Shown: positions 47,664 through 57,200 of the stretch, piece by piece | Layout: each line of letters opens with the position of its first letter | Numbering within the stretch: the stretch's first letter is position 1 | Source: Planctomycetota bacterium | Lineage (GTDB): Bacteria; Planctomycetota; UBA8108; SXIK01 | Length of the DNA stretch: 64,000 nt | Direction: 5' to 3' | NCBI GenBank assembly: GCA_965223845.1 | Contig: CBDCXR010000004.1 | Coordinates: forward strand, 5,632,001 to 5,696,000 | The notes under the pieces: generated by a model | The model's input: the letters and a program-made list of their open reading frames with translations, nothing else | What the model was told of the DNA's origin: nothing | The model's database searches: none | Program-made: the position numbers and the translations under genes

Positions 47664-49508
47664 ATGAAGAATCGTCGATCGCTCTCCCTTCATTCCAGGT
47701 CGCTCCTCCTTGCGGGGACGACCGCGCTCGCGTGCGTCTTCGTCACTCAGCGAGCCGGCGCCCAGGAATGTGACGGCGTCGAGCAGGTCCGAGGCGACGC
47801 CGTGACACTCGAGCTCGTCAGCGAGCGTCTGAATCGCCCCGTCGACGTCACCGCACCGCCCGGGGACGTCGACCGGCTCTTCGTCGTCGAGCAGGAGGGG
47901 TTCATCCGCATCATCCATCTCGCGGATGATTCGCTCGAGCCCACGCCCTTCCTCGACATCATGAGTCGCGTTCGCTGCTGCGGCGAACGCGGTCTTCTCG
48001 GTCTCGCGTTCCACCCCGACTACGCCGAAAACGGAAGGTTCTTCGTCTACTACACGGATCGGCCGGACGGAGATACGGTCGTGTCTCGCTTCGAAGTGAC
48101 CGACGATCCGAACGTCGCCGACCCCGATTCCGAGGTCAAACTCATCGAGTTCGATCAGCCCGCGGGGAACCACAACGGCGGCCAGATCGCTTTCAGCCCG
48201 CTCGACGGCTATCTCTATATCGCCTCGGGGGACGGCGGCTCGGGCTGCGACCGCGCCGGCGCGGGAAACAACGCGCAGAACCCCCGATCGTTCCTGGGGA
48301 AGATGCTGCGGATCGACGTCGACTCCGAGTCGGACGGGAAAGCGTACGCGATTCCGGCGGACAATCCATTTGTCGGCGAAGAGGGCGTCCTCGAAGAAAT
48401 CTGGGCGCTCGGTCTCCGCAATCCATGGCGCTTCGCGTTCGATTCCCTCACCGGCGACATGTACATCGGCGACGTCGGTCAGAATCAGTGGGAAGAGATC
48501 GACTTTCAACCCGGGACGAGCACGGGAGGCGAGAACTACGAATGGCGCCGCCTCGAAGGAACGCGCTCTTCGACCGTCTCGAACTGCTCTCCTGTCGCGC
48601 TCACGGTCGGCGACGCAGCCGGCCCGATCCTCCAGTATCCGCACAGCGGATCCTTCAGCGGCTGCTCCGTCACCGGCGGAGTGGTCTACCGCGGCTGCCG
48701 AATGCCCGATCTCCACGGGACCTATTTCTACGCCGACTACTGCACGAACTGGATCCGGACGTTCCGCGTCGAGGGCGGCGAGGTCCTCGACTCCTGCGAC
48801 CGGAGAGCGGAGCTCAACTCCGGGATTCTTCCCGATCGCGTCGACGATATCTCGGCGTTCGGTACGGACGCGCGCGGCGAAGTCTACGTCTGCGATCTCT
48901 CGACGAAGCTCTTTCGCGTCGTTCCGCACCCGGACGGAGACGGTGCGCCGACCGCACGCATCGAGACCGTAGAAGACGTCGAGCTCGCGGATCCGATCGT
49001 CGCGGTGGCGCTAGACGGATCAGAATCGGACGACGGGGATGGCTGCACAAACGCACTCACCTTCTCGTGGTCGCAGGTGAGCGGCCCAGCGGTCGAAGTA
49101 CCGACCGATTCGCAGGCGACCATCGAACTCTCGATCTCGGAAATCGGCGAGTACGTATTCCAGCTCGAAGTTGACGACGGCGCGACGACCCACACGGCGG
49201 AAACGACGGTCAACGTGATCGAGCCGATCGTCGAGTTTCGCCGCGGCGATACGAACAACGACGCGCGCGTCGACATCAGCGACGCGGTCCGGCATCTCCT
49301 CTTCCTCTTCGGCGACGGCGTTCCGCCGAACTGTTTCGACGCGAACGACGCGAACGACTCGGGAATCGTCGATATCGCCGACGGGGTCTTCATTCTGAAC
49401 TATCTCTTCACGCTCGAGGGCGTCGTTCCGCCCGCACCGGGACCGCTCGAATGCGGCGGCGATCCGACGCCGGACGAGATCGACTGCGCCGAGTACCCGG
49501 TCTGCTGA
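47664..49508 (+). CDS. PQQ-dependent sugar dehydrogenase family protein + PKD-like + dockerin-like domain
   Basis: Signal peptide, ERGLLGLAFHP, NHNGGQIAF, GDGG, GLRNPWRF, GDVGQ. C-terminal FRRGDTNNDA...CFDANDANDSG. Confidence 0.9.
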   Translation: MKNRRSLSLHSRSLLLAGTTALACVFVTQRAGAQECDGVEQVRGDAVTLELVSERLNRPVDVTAPPGDVDRLFVVEQEGFIRIIHLADDSLEPTPFLDIMSRVRCCGERGLLGLAFHPDYAENGRFFVYYTDRPDGDTVVSRFEVTDDPNVADPDSEVKLIEFDQPAGNHNGGQIAFSPLDGYLYIASGDGGSGCDRAGAGNNAQNPRSFLGKMLRIDVDSESDGKAYAIPADNPFVGEEGVLEEIWALGLRNPWRFAFDSLTGDMYIGDVGQNQWEEIDFQPGTSTGGENYEWRRLEGTRSSTVSNCSPVALTVGDAAGPILQYPHSGSFSGCSVTGGVVYRGCRMPDLHGTYFYADYCTNWIRTFRVEGGEVLDSCDRRAELNSGILPDRVDDISAFGTDARGEVYVCDLSTKLFRVVPHPDGDGAPTARIETVEDVELADPIVAVALDGSESDDGDGCTNALTFSWSQVSGPAVEVPTDSQATIELSISEIGEYVFQLEVDDGATTHTAETTVNVIEPIVEFRRGDTNNDARVDISDAVRHLLFLFGDGVPPNCFDANDANDSGIVDIADGVFILNYLFTLEGVVPPAPGPLECGGDPTPDEIDCAEYPVC

Positions 49509-49790
49509 GGAAGAGGGCGAGGCCGACACCCTCCCCGCGCGCCAGATTCACCCCGAGTCCACTCCCGGTCGTCGGTTCGCTCCGGGTGTTCGATCCTTCG
49601 CACTTCGACGGAGCGGCTCCACCGCGAAGTCCTGACGAAGAATCGCGACGCCCCGCCCCGCCGACAACGGTGGACGACGGCGATCTGCCACTCGGTGGAC
49701 GCGATCCGTCTACGAACGAAGCGGCACCGAGCGACGCTGACTCGGTACCGCTTCCGGAGTCTCGAAGCTTTCGCCGCCGACGCAGCGAAG

Positions 49791-50792
49791 TCACACGGAA
49801 ATGGTGGTCTCCGCGATCGGCTGAGCCGCGTCGCGTTTCGGCGGTGCCGACGAGCGACGCTTCTCGCGGTCCCCCCGGCGGCGCTCGCGATCTCGCATCG
49901 CCGGTCCGCGACGACCACCACCGCGGCGCAAGCTCGGGCCGCGCCCGTCTCCTCGGCCGCGATTCATTCGGGGGCCTCGGGGCCCGCCCTCGCTCTTCAT
50001 CCGCGGACCGTGCGAACCGCTGCGGAATCCTCGCTGAACCCAAGGTGGCGCGCCGCGCCCTCGACTCATGCGAGGTCCGCGAGAGTCGCCGCGCAAACCG
50101 CGCTTCACCCACGGCGGCGCGGAGCGACCGCGACTCATACGAGGACCGCGCGAGCCGCTTCGATGACTCCGCTCGACCCAAGGCGGCGCACCGCGGCCAC
50201 GATTCATGCGAGGTCCTCGCGGACCGCCTCGCATTCCCCGCCCGACCCACGGCGGAGGCCCTCGGCGACCGCTTCGCAGCGATCCGCTAGAGCCCCGTGC
50301 CCAAGGCGGTCCGCCGCGACGCGCACTCGAATCACTCCGGTCGCGACCGCGACGCGCACGGTGGCGATCCGGTCGCTCTTTCGCCTCCGCTCGCCTTCGG
50401 CTCTTCTTTGCTTCCTGCCGTTTCTTCGCCTTGGCCTCCGCGGCCTTCCTTCGAGCGGCCTTCTTCGCCTCTCGCTTCTTTTTCTCGGCGCTCGCCCGAT
50501 CGGACTTCTTGGCGCCGTCGCCCGCCTTCTCTTTCTTCTTCTCGACGATGCGCTTTTCACCGTCGCTCGATCGCCGCGGACGCGGCGGTCCCCCTTCATC
50601 GCCTCCGCGTCGACGGAAGCGGAACCTCGGGCCACCGGGACCGATTCGCCCCGGAGGACCGCCGCGCCCGCGAAGCCGTCGCTCGCCGTCGGAGTCTCTT
50701 CGATCATCGCCTCGAGCTTCGTCCTGACCCACGGTAGGTGAGGCGAAGAGCGCAACTAAGATGAGCGCTGAACAAACCTGGATTCGTCGCAT
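49791..50792 (-). CDS. Secreted, highly basic low-complexity protein with 23-aa tandem repeats
   Basis: Signal peptide and AGGAAGGAG RBS. Lys/Ala helix, then repeats of PPWVxRxxRxxxRGPRMxRGRxA. Lies downstream of a two-component pair. Confidence 0.75.
   Translation of the reverse strand: MRRIQVCSALILVALFASPTVGQDEARGDDRRDSDGERRLRGRGGPPGRIGPGGPRFRFRRRGGDEGGPPRPRRSSDGEKRIVEKKKEKAGDGAKKSDRASAEKKKREAKKAARRKAAEAKAKKRQEAKKSRRRAEAKERPDRHRARRGRDRSDSSARRGGPPWARGSSGSLRSGRRGPPPWVGRGMRGGPRGPRMNRGRGAPPWVERSHRSGSRGPRMSRGRSAPPWVKRGLRGDSRGPRMSRGRGAPPWVQRGFRSGSHGPRMKSEGGPRGPRMNRGRGDGRGPSLRRGGGRRGPAMRDRERRRGDREKRRSSAPPKRDAAQPIAETTISV
49960..50260 (-). repeat. 69-bp coding tandem repeat (about 4 copies)
   Basis: The ACCCA(C/A)GG unit (PPWV codons on the minus strand) recurs near 50038, 50107, 50176 and 50245. 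Confidence 0.85.
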
Positions 50793-50874
50793 GGCGGTTC
50801 TCCTTCCTGTTGGTGATCGACGCGCGTCGCTCGATGCTCGCGAGTTGAAACCCCACGCAGGCTATCCGGACCGA

Positions 50875-50893
50875 GGTTAACCGAAGATTAAAC
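50875..50893 (-). promoter_or_regulatory. Candidate OmpR/PmrA-QseB-type direct-repeat box (TTAA-N7-TTAA)
   Basis: GGTTAACCGAAGATTAAAC has TTAA at an 11-bp period, about 85 bp upstream of ATG 50792. Confidence 0.55.
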
Positions 50894-52492
50894 CGCCCGG
50901 GCATTCTTCGACGGAGGAGCGATCGAAGCATCCTCGAATTCGCCGCCGACGATCGGGAGCCTCACCTCGAACGTAGTTCCGCGGCCTTCGACGCTCGCGC
51001 AACCGACCGAGCCGCCGTGCGCTTCCACGATCGCCTTCGTGATCGCGAGACCCAGTCCCGTTCCGCCGTCCTTCGCCGCACGCGCGGAGTCTACTCGATA
51101 GAAGCGATCGAAGATGCGCGGAACGTTCTCGGCCGGAATTCCGATGCCGTTGTCCTCAACCGTTAGCTTGGCGACGTTTCCATCGCGCCCGAACGATACG
51201 CGAACGCGCCCGCCCGCCGGCGTATAGCGAATAGCGTTCGAGAGGAGATTGCCGACGACCTGGGCGAAGCGGCTGGCGTCGGCGCCCGTGGTGATCGAAT
51301 CGATCCCACAGACGATGTCGACTCCCGATTCGGCCGCGAGAGGCTCGACGAGCGCGACACCTTCGCTCACGATCCGCCCGAGATCGACCGACTCGCGGTG
51401 GAGTTGGAGCTCGCCCGAGTCGTTCTTCGCGAGCGTAAGGAGTCCGTCGACGAGCTCGCGCATCCGGCGCGCGACGGTGTAGCACGCTTCGATCACCTCC
51501 CGGTACTCGTCTGCCGAGCGGTCGCGGCGCCGCGCCATCGCCGTCTGCGCGAGAATGACGGATACGGGCGTTCTCAGCTCGTGGGATGCGTCCGCAGTGA
51601 ATTGCGCCTGCTGCTCGAACGCAGCCTGCAGACGATCGAAGGTACGATTCAAAACTCGCGCGAGCTCGCCGAGCTCCGTCTCGGTCGTGCCGACATCGAT
51701 GCGCTCGGAGAGATTGTCCGCGGAGATCGATTCCGCCGCGCGCCCGATCGCTCCGATCGGTCGAATCGCTCGCTTCGCGACGAACCAGCCGCCGAGGAGG
51801 CCGATGGCGAGGACGATTCCTCCGGAAGCGAACACCGCCCCGAGGAGACGGTCGAGCTCAGCGAGTTGTCGTTCGACGGAACGTCCGACGAGGACGATCC
51901 CGCCGCGCGAGAGAGCAAAGATCACCTCGCGATGCTTCCCTCGCTGACGAACGATCGAGGCGCCCTCCGCCGCCGGGGGGTCGGGTGGCTCGAGCTCGGG
52001 TGCTCCGTCGGATCGCCGCAGAACCTCGCCGTGACGCTCCCAGAGAACGAAATACGGTGGAGATTCCCCTTGTTCGGCAAACCGACGGCGGACGGTTTCC
52101 GGCAGATCGATGCGCCGGAGCATCTCCTCGCGAGAACGCGACGGTCCTCGGCGCGCGCCCCGGCCCGGCCCGCGCTCACCGCGACGTCCGGGCCGAGAGT
52201 TGCCGCGCTCGAAGGCCCCGCGTCCGAACTCCTCGCGAAAGAGCTCGCGGAGCTCCGGGTCGTCCATCCATTCGCGCGGCCCACGAAACGGGCCGCGGGG
52301 ACGACTCCCCGGGACGCGACGCGCGCGCTCGGCGAGGATCTGTGCCGCGCCCTCGAGCTCCGCGTCGACTCCGGCGAAACTCGCTTGGCGGACGAGGGAG
52401 TAGAGTGTCCCCCCGAACCCCGCGACGACGACGACGAGAATGAGAGTGATCCACGCGAGGAACGTCGCGCGAATCGAGCGAACTCTAGGCAT
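50888..52492 (-). CDS. Sensor histidine kinase (HAMP-HisKA-HATPase)
   Basis: Two TM segments, ADASHELRTP, NLLSNAIRY, DNGIGI, FDRFYRVD, GTGLGLAI. Confidence 0.95.
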   Translation of the reverse strand: MPRVRSIRATFLAWITLILVVVVAGFGGTLYSLVRQASFAGVDAELEGAAQILAERARRVPGSRPRGPFRGPREWMDDPELRELFREEFGRGAFERGNSRPGRRGERGPGRGARRGPSRSREEMLRRIDLPETVRRRFAEQGESPPYFVLWERHGEVLRRSDGAPELEPPDPPAAEGASIVRQRGKHREVIFALSRGGIVLVGRSVERQLAELDRLLGAVFASGGIVLAIGLLGGWFVAKRAIRPIGAIGRAAESISADNLSERIDVGTTETELGELARVLNRTFDRLQAAFEQQAQFTADASHELRTPVSVILAQTAMARRRDRSADEYREVIEACYTVARRMRELVDGLLTLAKNDSGELQLHRESVDLGRIVSEGVALVEPLAAESGVDIVCGIDSITTGADASRFAQVVGNLLSNAIRYTPAGGRVRVSFGRDGNVAKLTVEDNGIGIPAENVPRIFDRFYRVDSARAAKDGGTGLGLAITKAIVEAHGGSVGCASVEGRGTTFEVRLPIVGGEFEDASIAPPSKNARAV

Positions 52493-53138
52493 CGATCACG
52501 TACCCGAGCCCCCGCCGCGTCGTGATGAAGTCCTTTCCGAGCTTTTTTCTCACGTGTGAAACGTGCACCTCCATCACCTTCGAGAAGCTCTCGTCCGTCT
52601 CGTTCCCGAGGTGCTCGTAGAGATCGGAGCGCGTGACAACTCGCCCGCGGCGCAGCGCGAGAAACTCTACGAGCGCGTACTCGCGCGCAGTGAGACGCAC
52701 CTCTCCTCCGTCCTTCGTGACCGTCTTCGCCGCGGTGTCGATCGCGACGTCGCCGATCTCGATCGCCGGATTCGCGACGCCGGTCGAACGACGAATCACG
52801 GCGCGCAGTCGTGCGAGCAGCTCTTCGAGGTCGAACGGCTTGACGACGTAGTCGTCTGCCCCTCCGTTCAGCCCGCGGACTCGATCGGAGACGTCGTCGC
52901 GCGCCGTGAGCATGACGACGGGCGTTTTCTTCGATTCGCGGAGCCCCCGGAGGACCTCCCACCCATCGCGCTTCGGAAGCATGACGTCGAGAAGGATGGC
53001 GTCGTAGTCCCACACGGACGCCTTGTACATGCCCTCTTCGCCGTCCTCCGCGGTATCGACCGCGTAGCCGTCGTCCGAGAGGCTCTTCTCGAGCGCGCGG
53101 CGGAGGAGCAGTTCATCTTCAACGACGAGGACGCGCAT
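52485..53138 (-). CDS. OmpR family response regulator
   Basis: VLVVEDE, LDVMLP, GADDYVVKPF, winged-helix motif TRRGLGY. Overlaps the kinase start. Confidence 0.95.
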   Translation of the reverse strand: MRVLVVEDELLLRRALEKSLSDDGYAVDTAEDGEEGMYKASVWDYDAILLDVMLPKRDGWEVLRGLRESKKTPVVMLTARDDVSDRVRGLNGGADDYVVKPFDLEELLARLRAVIRRSTGVANPAIEIGDVAIDTAAKTVTKDGGEVRLTAREYALVEFLALRRGRVVTRSDLYEHLGNETDESFSKVMEVHVSHVRKKLGKDFITTRRGLGYVIDA

Positions 53139-53540
53139 GAAACATCTCGCGAATTGATCTCGGTGCCCCCATGGTCTGAAACCCCTGAATCGGTGCCGAG
53201 CTTCGGTTCCATTCGACGGGAGATCAGCGCCTGAGCGCTGGCGCGAGTACGCCCACGGGGCCGAGTCACGCCCAACGCGCAGCTTGGCCGATATTGCGGG
53301 CGTCCCGCGATTCGAAACCGACTGAGCTTGTACGTGATTCTCGCGCCTCCGGTAGCGCTCGGCATCTTCAACTCGACTCGGGTCGGTGCTCGAGTTCGCG
53401 GCGCCGGAGAGTCTGACGAGGAATCCGGGCTCGAGGGAGACTAGAGAAGCTTCGCGTTTCGAGGGCTGCGGAGTGCCGCAGGCAGAAGTTCATCGACGCC
53501 GGGTTGTCGTCCGGCACTCAGGTGCTCGCTCCTCCGGACG

Positions 53541-54203
53541 TCACCGAGCGCTTGCACCTCCTGGCGACTCCTCCTTCCAATGCGAAATCCGCCACAGATA
53601 CAGGCTCGCGACGCTGCGATACGGCGCCCAACGTTCGGCTTCCCGCGCGCACTCCGGCGGCGAGAGCTCGCGACCGACCACTCGCGCGACTCCCGCTCGG
53701 AGGGCGAGATCGCCGGGCGAGAAGACGTCGATCCGCCCGACGGAAAAGATGAGGAACATTTCCGCCGTCCAGCGACCGATGCCCTTCACGCGAGTGAGCC
53801 GTTCGATGATCTCCTCGTTCGGAAGAGCCCCGAACCGGGCGCGGCGAAGATCGCCCGCGTGAAACTCCGTCGCGAGCGCGCGGAGGTATTCCGCCTTCTG
53901 GCGCGAGAGACCGGCGGCGCGGAGACGGGACGGTCGGAACCGAAGCAGCTCCGCAGGGTTCGGTTTCCCCGAGTCGAACATCGCTTCGAACCGCCCGCAG
54001 ATCGTCCTTGCGGCGGCGGCCGCGACCTGCTGTGAAATGATCGATCGACAGAGCGCGTTAAAGTACGGTCGCTGTCGCCGGAGACCCACCTCGCCGATGC
54101 GATCCATCCACCGCCCGAGGCGAGGGTCGTTCGCCCGGAGAGCCGCGCGTCCCTTGCGGAGCGTTTCGCGGGTGAGTCGAACAGACTTCGCGCCGGTCGG
54201 CAT
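53541..54203 (-). CDS. alkA: DNA-3-methyladenine glycosylase II (AlkA, HhH-GPD)
   Basis: SIISQQV, GLSRQK, VKGIGRWTAEMFLIF, PGDLAL, WAPYRSVASLYLW. Confidence 0.9.
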   Translation of the reverse strand: MPTGAKSVRLTRETLRKGRAALRANDPRLGRWMDRIGEVGLRRQRPYFNALCRSIISQQVAAAAARTICGRFEAMFDSGKPNPAELLRFRPSRLRAAGLSRQKAEYLRALATEFHAGDLRRARFGALPNEEIIERLTRVKGIGRWTAEMFLIFSVGRIDVFSPGDLALRAGVARVVGRELSPPECAREAERWAPYRSVASLYLWRISHWKEESPGGASAR

Positions 54204-54210
54204 GCCGCGA

Positions 54211-57200
54211 TCACTCGGTGGGGATTCGATTGAGCGTGTAATGCGCGACCCTCGGCCACAAGCCGTCCGTCCCGTCACCGCCGACGGCATCGTCGACTTG
54301 GATATCGTAGAGGAATCCCGGGCGAAGCGCGCCGACCTCGAGCCGGACCGAACGCCCGGTCGCTGCGAGTCGCGCCGCGATCACCTTCGCTTCGTGCCGA
54401 TCACGATCGGGCGTCGCGTATCCGCCCTTCCAGATTCGCTGATATCCGGAAACGCGATAGCTACCCGGGTCCACCGCCTTCGCTCGTGCGACTGCGCGAG
54501 TGAATTCGATGTCGAATCCGCCGCGCCACGCGCGCACTTCGCGGATTCCCGTCGGCACCTCGTCCGCCGCGAGCTCGAGGCGCAAGATCGAGCCGACGTT
54601 CGCGCCCCCGCCCCAGCCCGAATCGTGCAGATTCCCGACGTAGAGCCTTCCCGCCGGGGACACCGCGCAGCTCAGTGGACCGAGTAGACGCGGGCCATCG
54701 GGTCCGCTTCGACTGAGTGGGTAGCAAGCGCCTTGGTACGTATCCCCGATGCGATCGAGCGTAAATCGAATGAGCATCCGATTGTCGAGCTCGCAACCGA
54801 TTCCGTGCCCTTCGAAGACACCGAACGCGCCGCCCGCTTCGAGAAACGTGATCCCGTTCACGCTGCGCGTCCAGGGATGCGGGATCTTGATCGCCGGTGG
54901 CTCGCCTCGAACCGCTCGATCCGGCTCGGGATCCGTAAGGCTCGGCATTCCGTAGATCTTTCCCGCGCGGAGATGGTTGATCTCGTTGAACGGATTCCCG
55001 ACGCCCTGGTTGTCGCTAAAGAAGATCGCGCCCGTGGAGTTTTTCGCCGCTCCCACGCTGTAGCGAACGCCGCGGGCGACCGCCTCGATATCGCCGCTCA
55101 CCGATACCGCGATCGCCTTCCCGCGATAGAGTGTCGTCGCGCGATCGCGCGCGGCCTGGGCGTAGTCGCTCCCGAGAAACGCGTAGATACGATCGCCCCG
55201 CGGAATGACACCGACCGTCCAGTCGTGATAGTCGTGCGTATATCCCCAGCCCGTCGCGACGACGTCGGCGCGATCGAGAAAACCGTCGCCCGTCGTATCT
55301 CGAAGCCGAAGGATCTCCGGTTTGTGACTCACGAGGAGCGTGCTGCCGTCGAAGGCGAGACCGAACGGCGCGGCGAGCTGATCGGCGATCACGCGGGCGT
55401 CGTCCTCGAAGCCATCGCCGTCGGCATCGCGGAGGAGATACACGTCTCCCTTGAGCGAAGCGACGACCGCCCCTTCGCCCGCGGGCGGGAAAGCGAAGGC
55501 AGTCGGCATGATTCGGCTTGGAAGCGGAAGCTGCTCGACGCGAAAGCCGGGGACGAGCGGGAGCCGCTCTCGAGCGCGTACGATCCCGGTCTCGACGGGC
55601 GGTGCTGCACTCACTTCGAGCGGCTCGCCGGCTTCGAGTGCGTAGCGAAGAAGCGCGATCGACTCGCCGCCCGCCGCCTGCTCTGCTCGCCAGCCAAAGA
55701 CGCGATCGCCCTCTCGCGACCCTCCCGTCTCGAGCGTGCCGACACCCGCGGCGCCGTCCTCGATCGCCGCGAGCGGAAGCGAGCGCTCCCCGCTCGTTCC
55801 CGCAACCTCGACGCGGCCTCCCGGGGAATCGAACGCGAGCGCACCTCTGGCTCCGCGAACCTCCAGCGAGGCCGCGAGCTCGGAATCGAGCGCGGCGAAG
55901 ATCCAAACGTTCCGCTCGCCGTCCGTTCGAACCCGAATGCGTCGCTCGAATCCGCGCCGCGCGCCCGCCTCGGCCCACGCGCGGATCGTCTCGGAAACGT
56001 CGACGACACCGCTCTGTTCGAACTCGAGGCGATAGTCGACGCGCACACCGTCCTCGACGTGGCGCCAGCCGCGAAGTCGTCCGAGCGACTGCGCGTCGCG
56101 ACGGACGCGGTCCCATCCGGCCTCCGATCGGATCCCGATGCTCGCGACGCGAGGGAAACGCCCGACGATCGGCGACCCGAGCGGCTCCCAGAGCCAGGTC
56201 TTCCCTCGCGTGTACTCGCCGGCAAACCGTCCGCGCCACCACGCGCGAAGCGAGAGCGCGTCGAGGTCGAAGAGGACGTTTTGTCCGCCGAGAAATCCGA
56301 TCGCGAACGCTCGCGGCGTCCATCCCTCGCCGAATGGTCCGCGCGCTCGAAACACGTCGCGAACGACGATCGCACGCGCGGCAGTCGGCTCGAGCTCGCG
56401 GACGAGACGATCGGCGGGCGGTGCGGAGAAGCTCGGCGAGTTGATCGCCTCCCAGATCGCGCTCATCTGCGCGTCCCAATCGCCACCGAGAGCGGGAGAC
56501 GATCCAGCCGCGATGGCCGGCATTTCGATGCCGGGCACGATGCGACTCGGATCGCGCATCCACCGCCGAAAGAACTCGGGGCGCATCCAGCGCGAAAGAC
56601 TCGCGAGGTTGACGCCGCGAACGTTCGGCGCGACACCGGCCGGCGAAAACGACGCGAGATCGTGACAGGACGAACACCCGAACCCCGCGGCGCCGACGAG
56701 CCGATGCCCGACCGCGAATCGATCCGTCGGCGGGTCCTCGCGCGCGGGTGGTTCGAGAAGCACCTCCGGGACGCGATCCTCGGCCGCGAACCAAGACTCG
56801 ATCGCGCCTTCTTCTTCGGGCGAAAGATGAGCGAAGCTCGGCATCCGGACGCGAAGCCAGGGACGACGCTCGACGGGAGTGCGCAGCGTGCGCGCAATTA
56901 AGCCGACGGGGAACTTATCGCCGGCCGCCGAGAGCGCGGGAGGCCGGAGCGCGCCCTCTGCTCCGCGGAGGGAATCATCGCGCGCGGTGACCGCCTGAAT
57001 GACTTCGCCGAGCGCGGTGCGGCTGCCGCGGCGGTGGCAGGAAAAACAGCCCTCCGCGTCGATCGCGAGCGCACCGTGGGTCTCCTCGGTGAGAGCTGGG
57101 CTCGGCGATCGGAGATACGCCTCGAGCGCACGTCGTTCCTCCGGAGTCACGTCGTAGCGGGGACGAAACGGCGAGGATGGCGATCGCGGATGGAGACAAC

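Noticed and set aside
49960-50260. Possible CRISPR array
   Set aside because: The 69-bp units are degenerate in-frame coding repeats with no unique spacers, and there are no cas genes.
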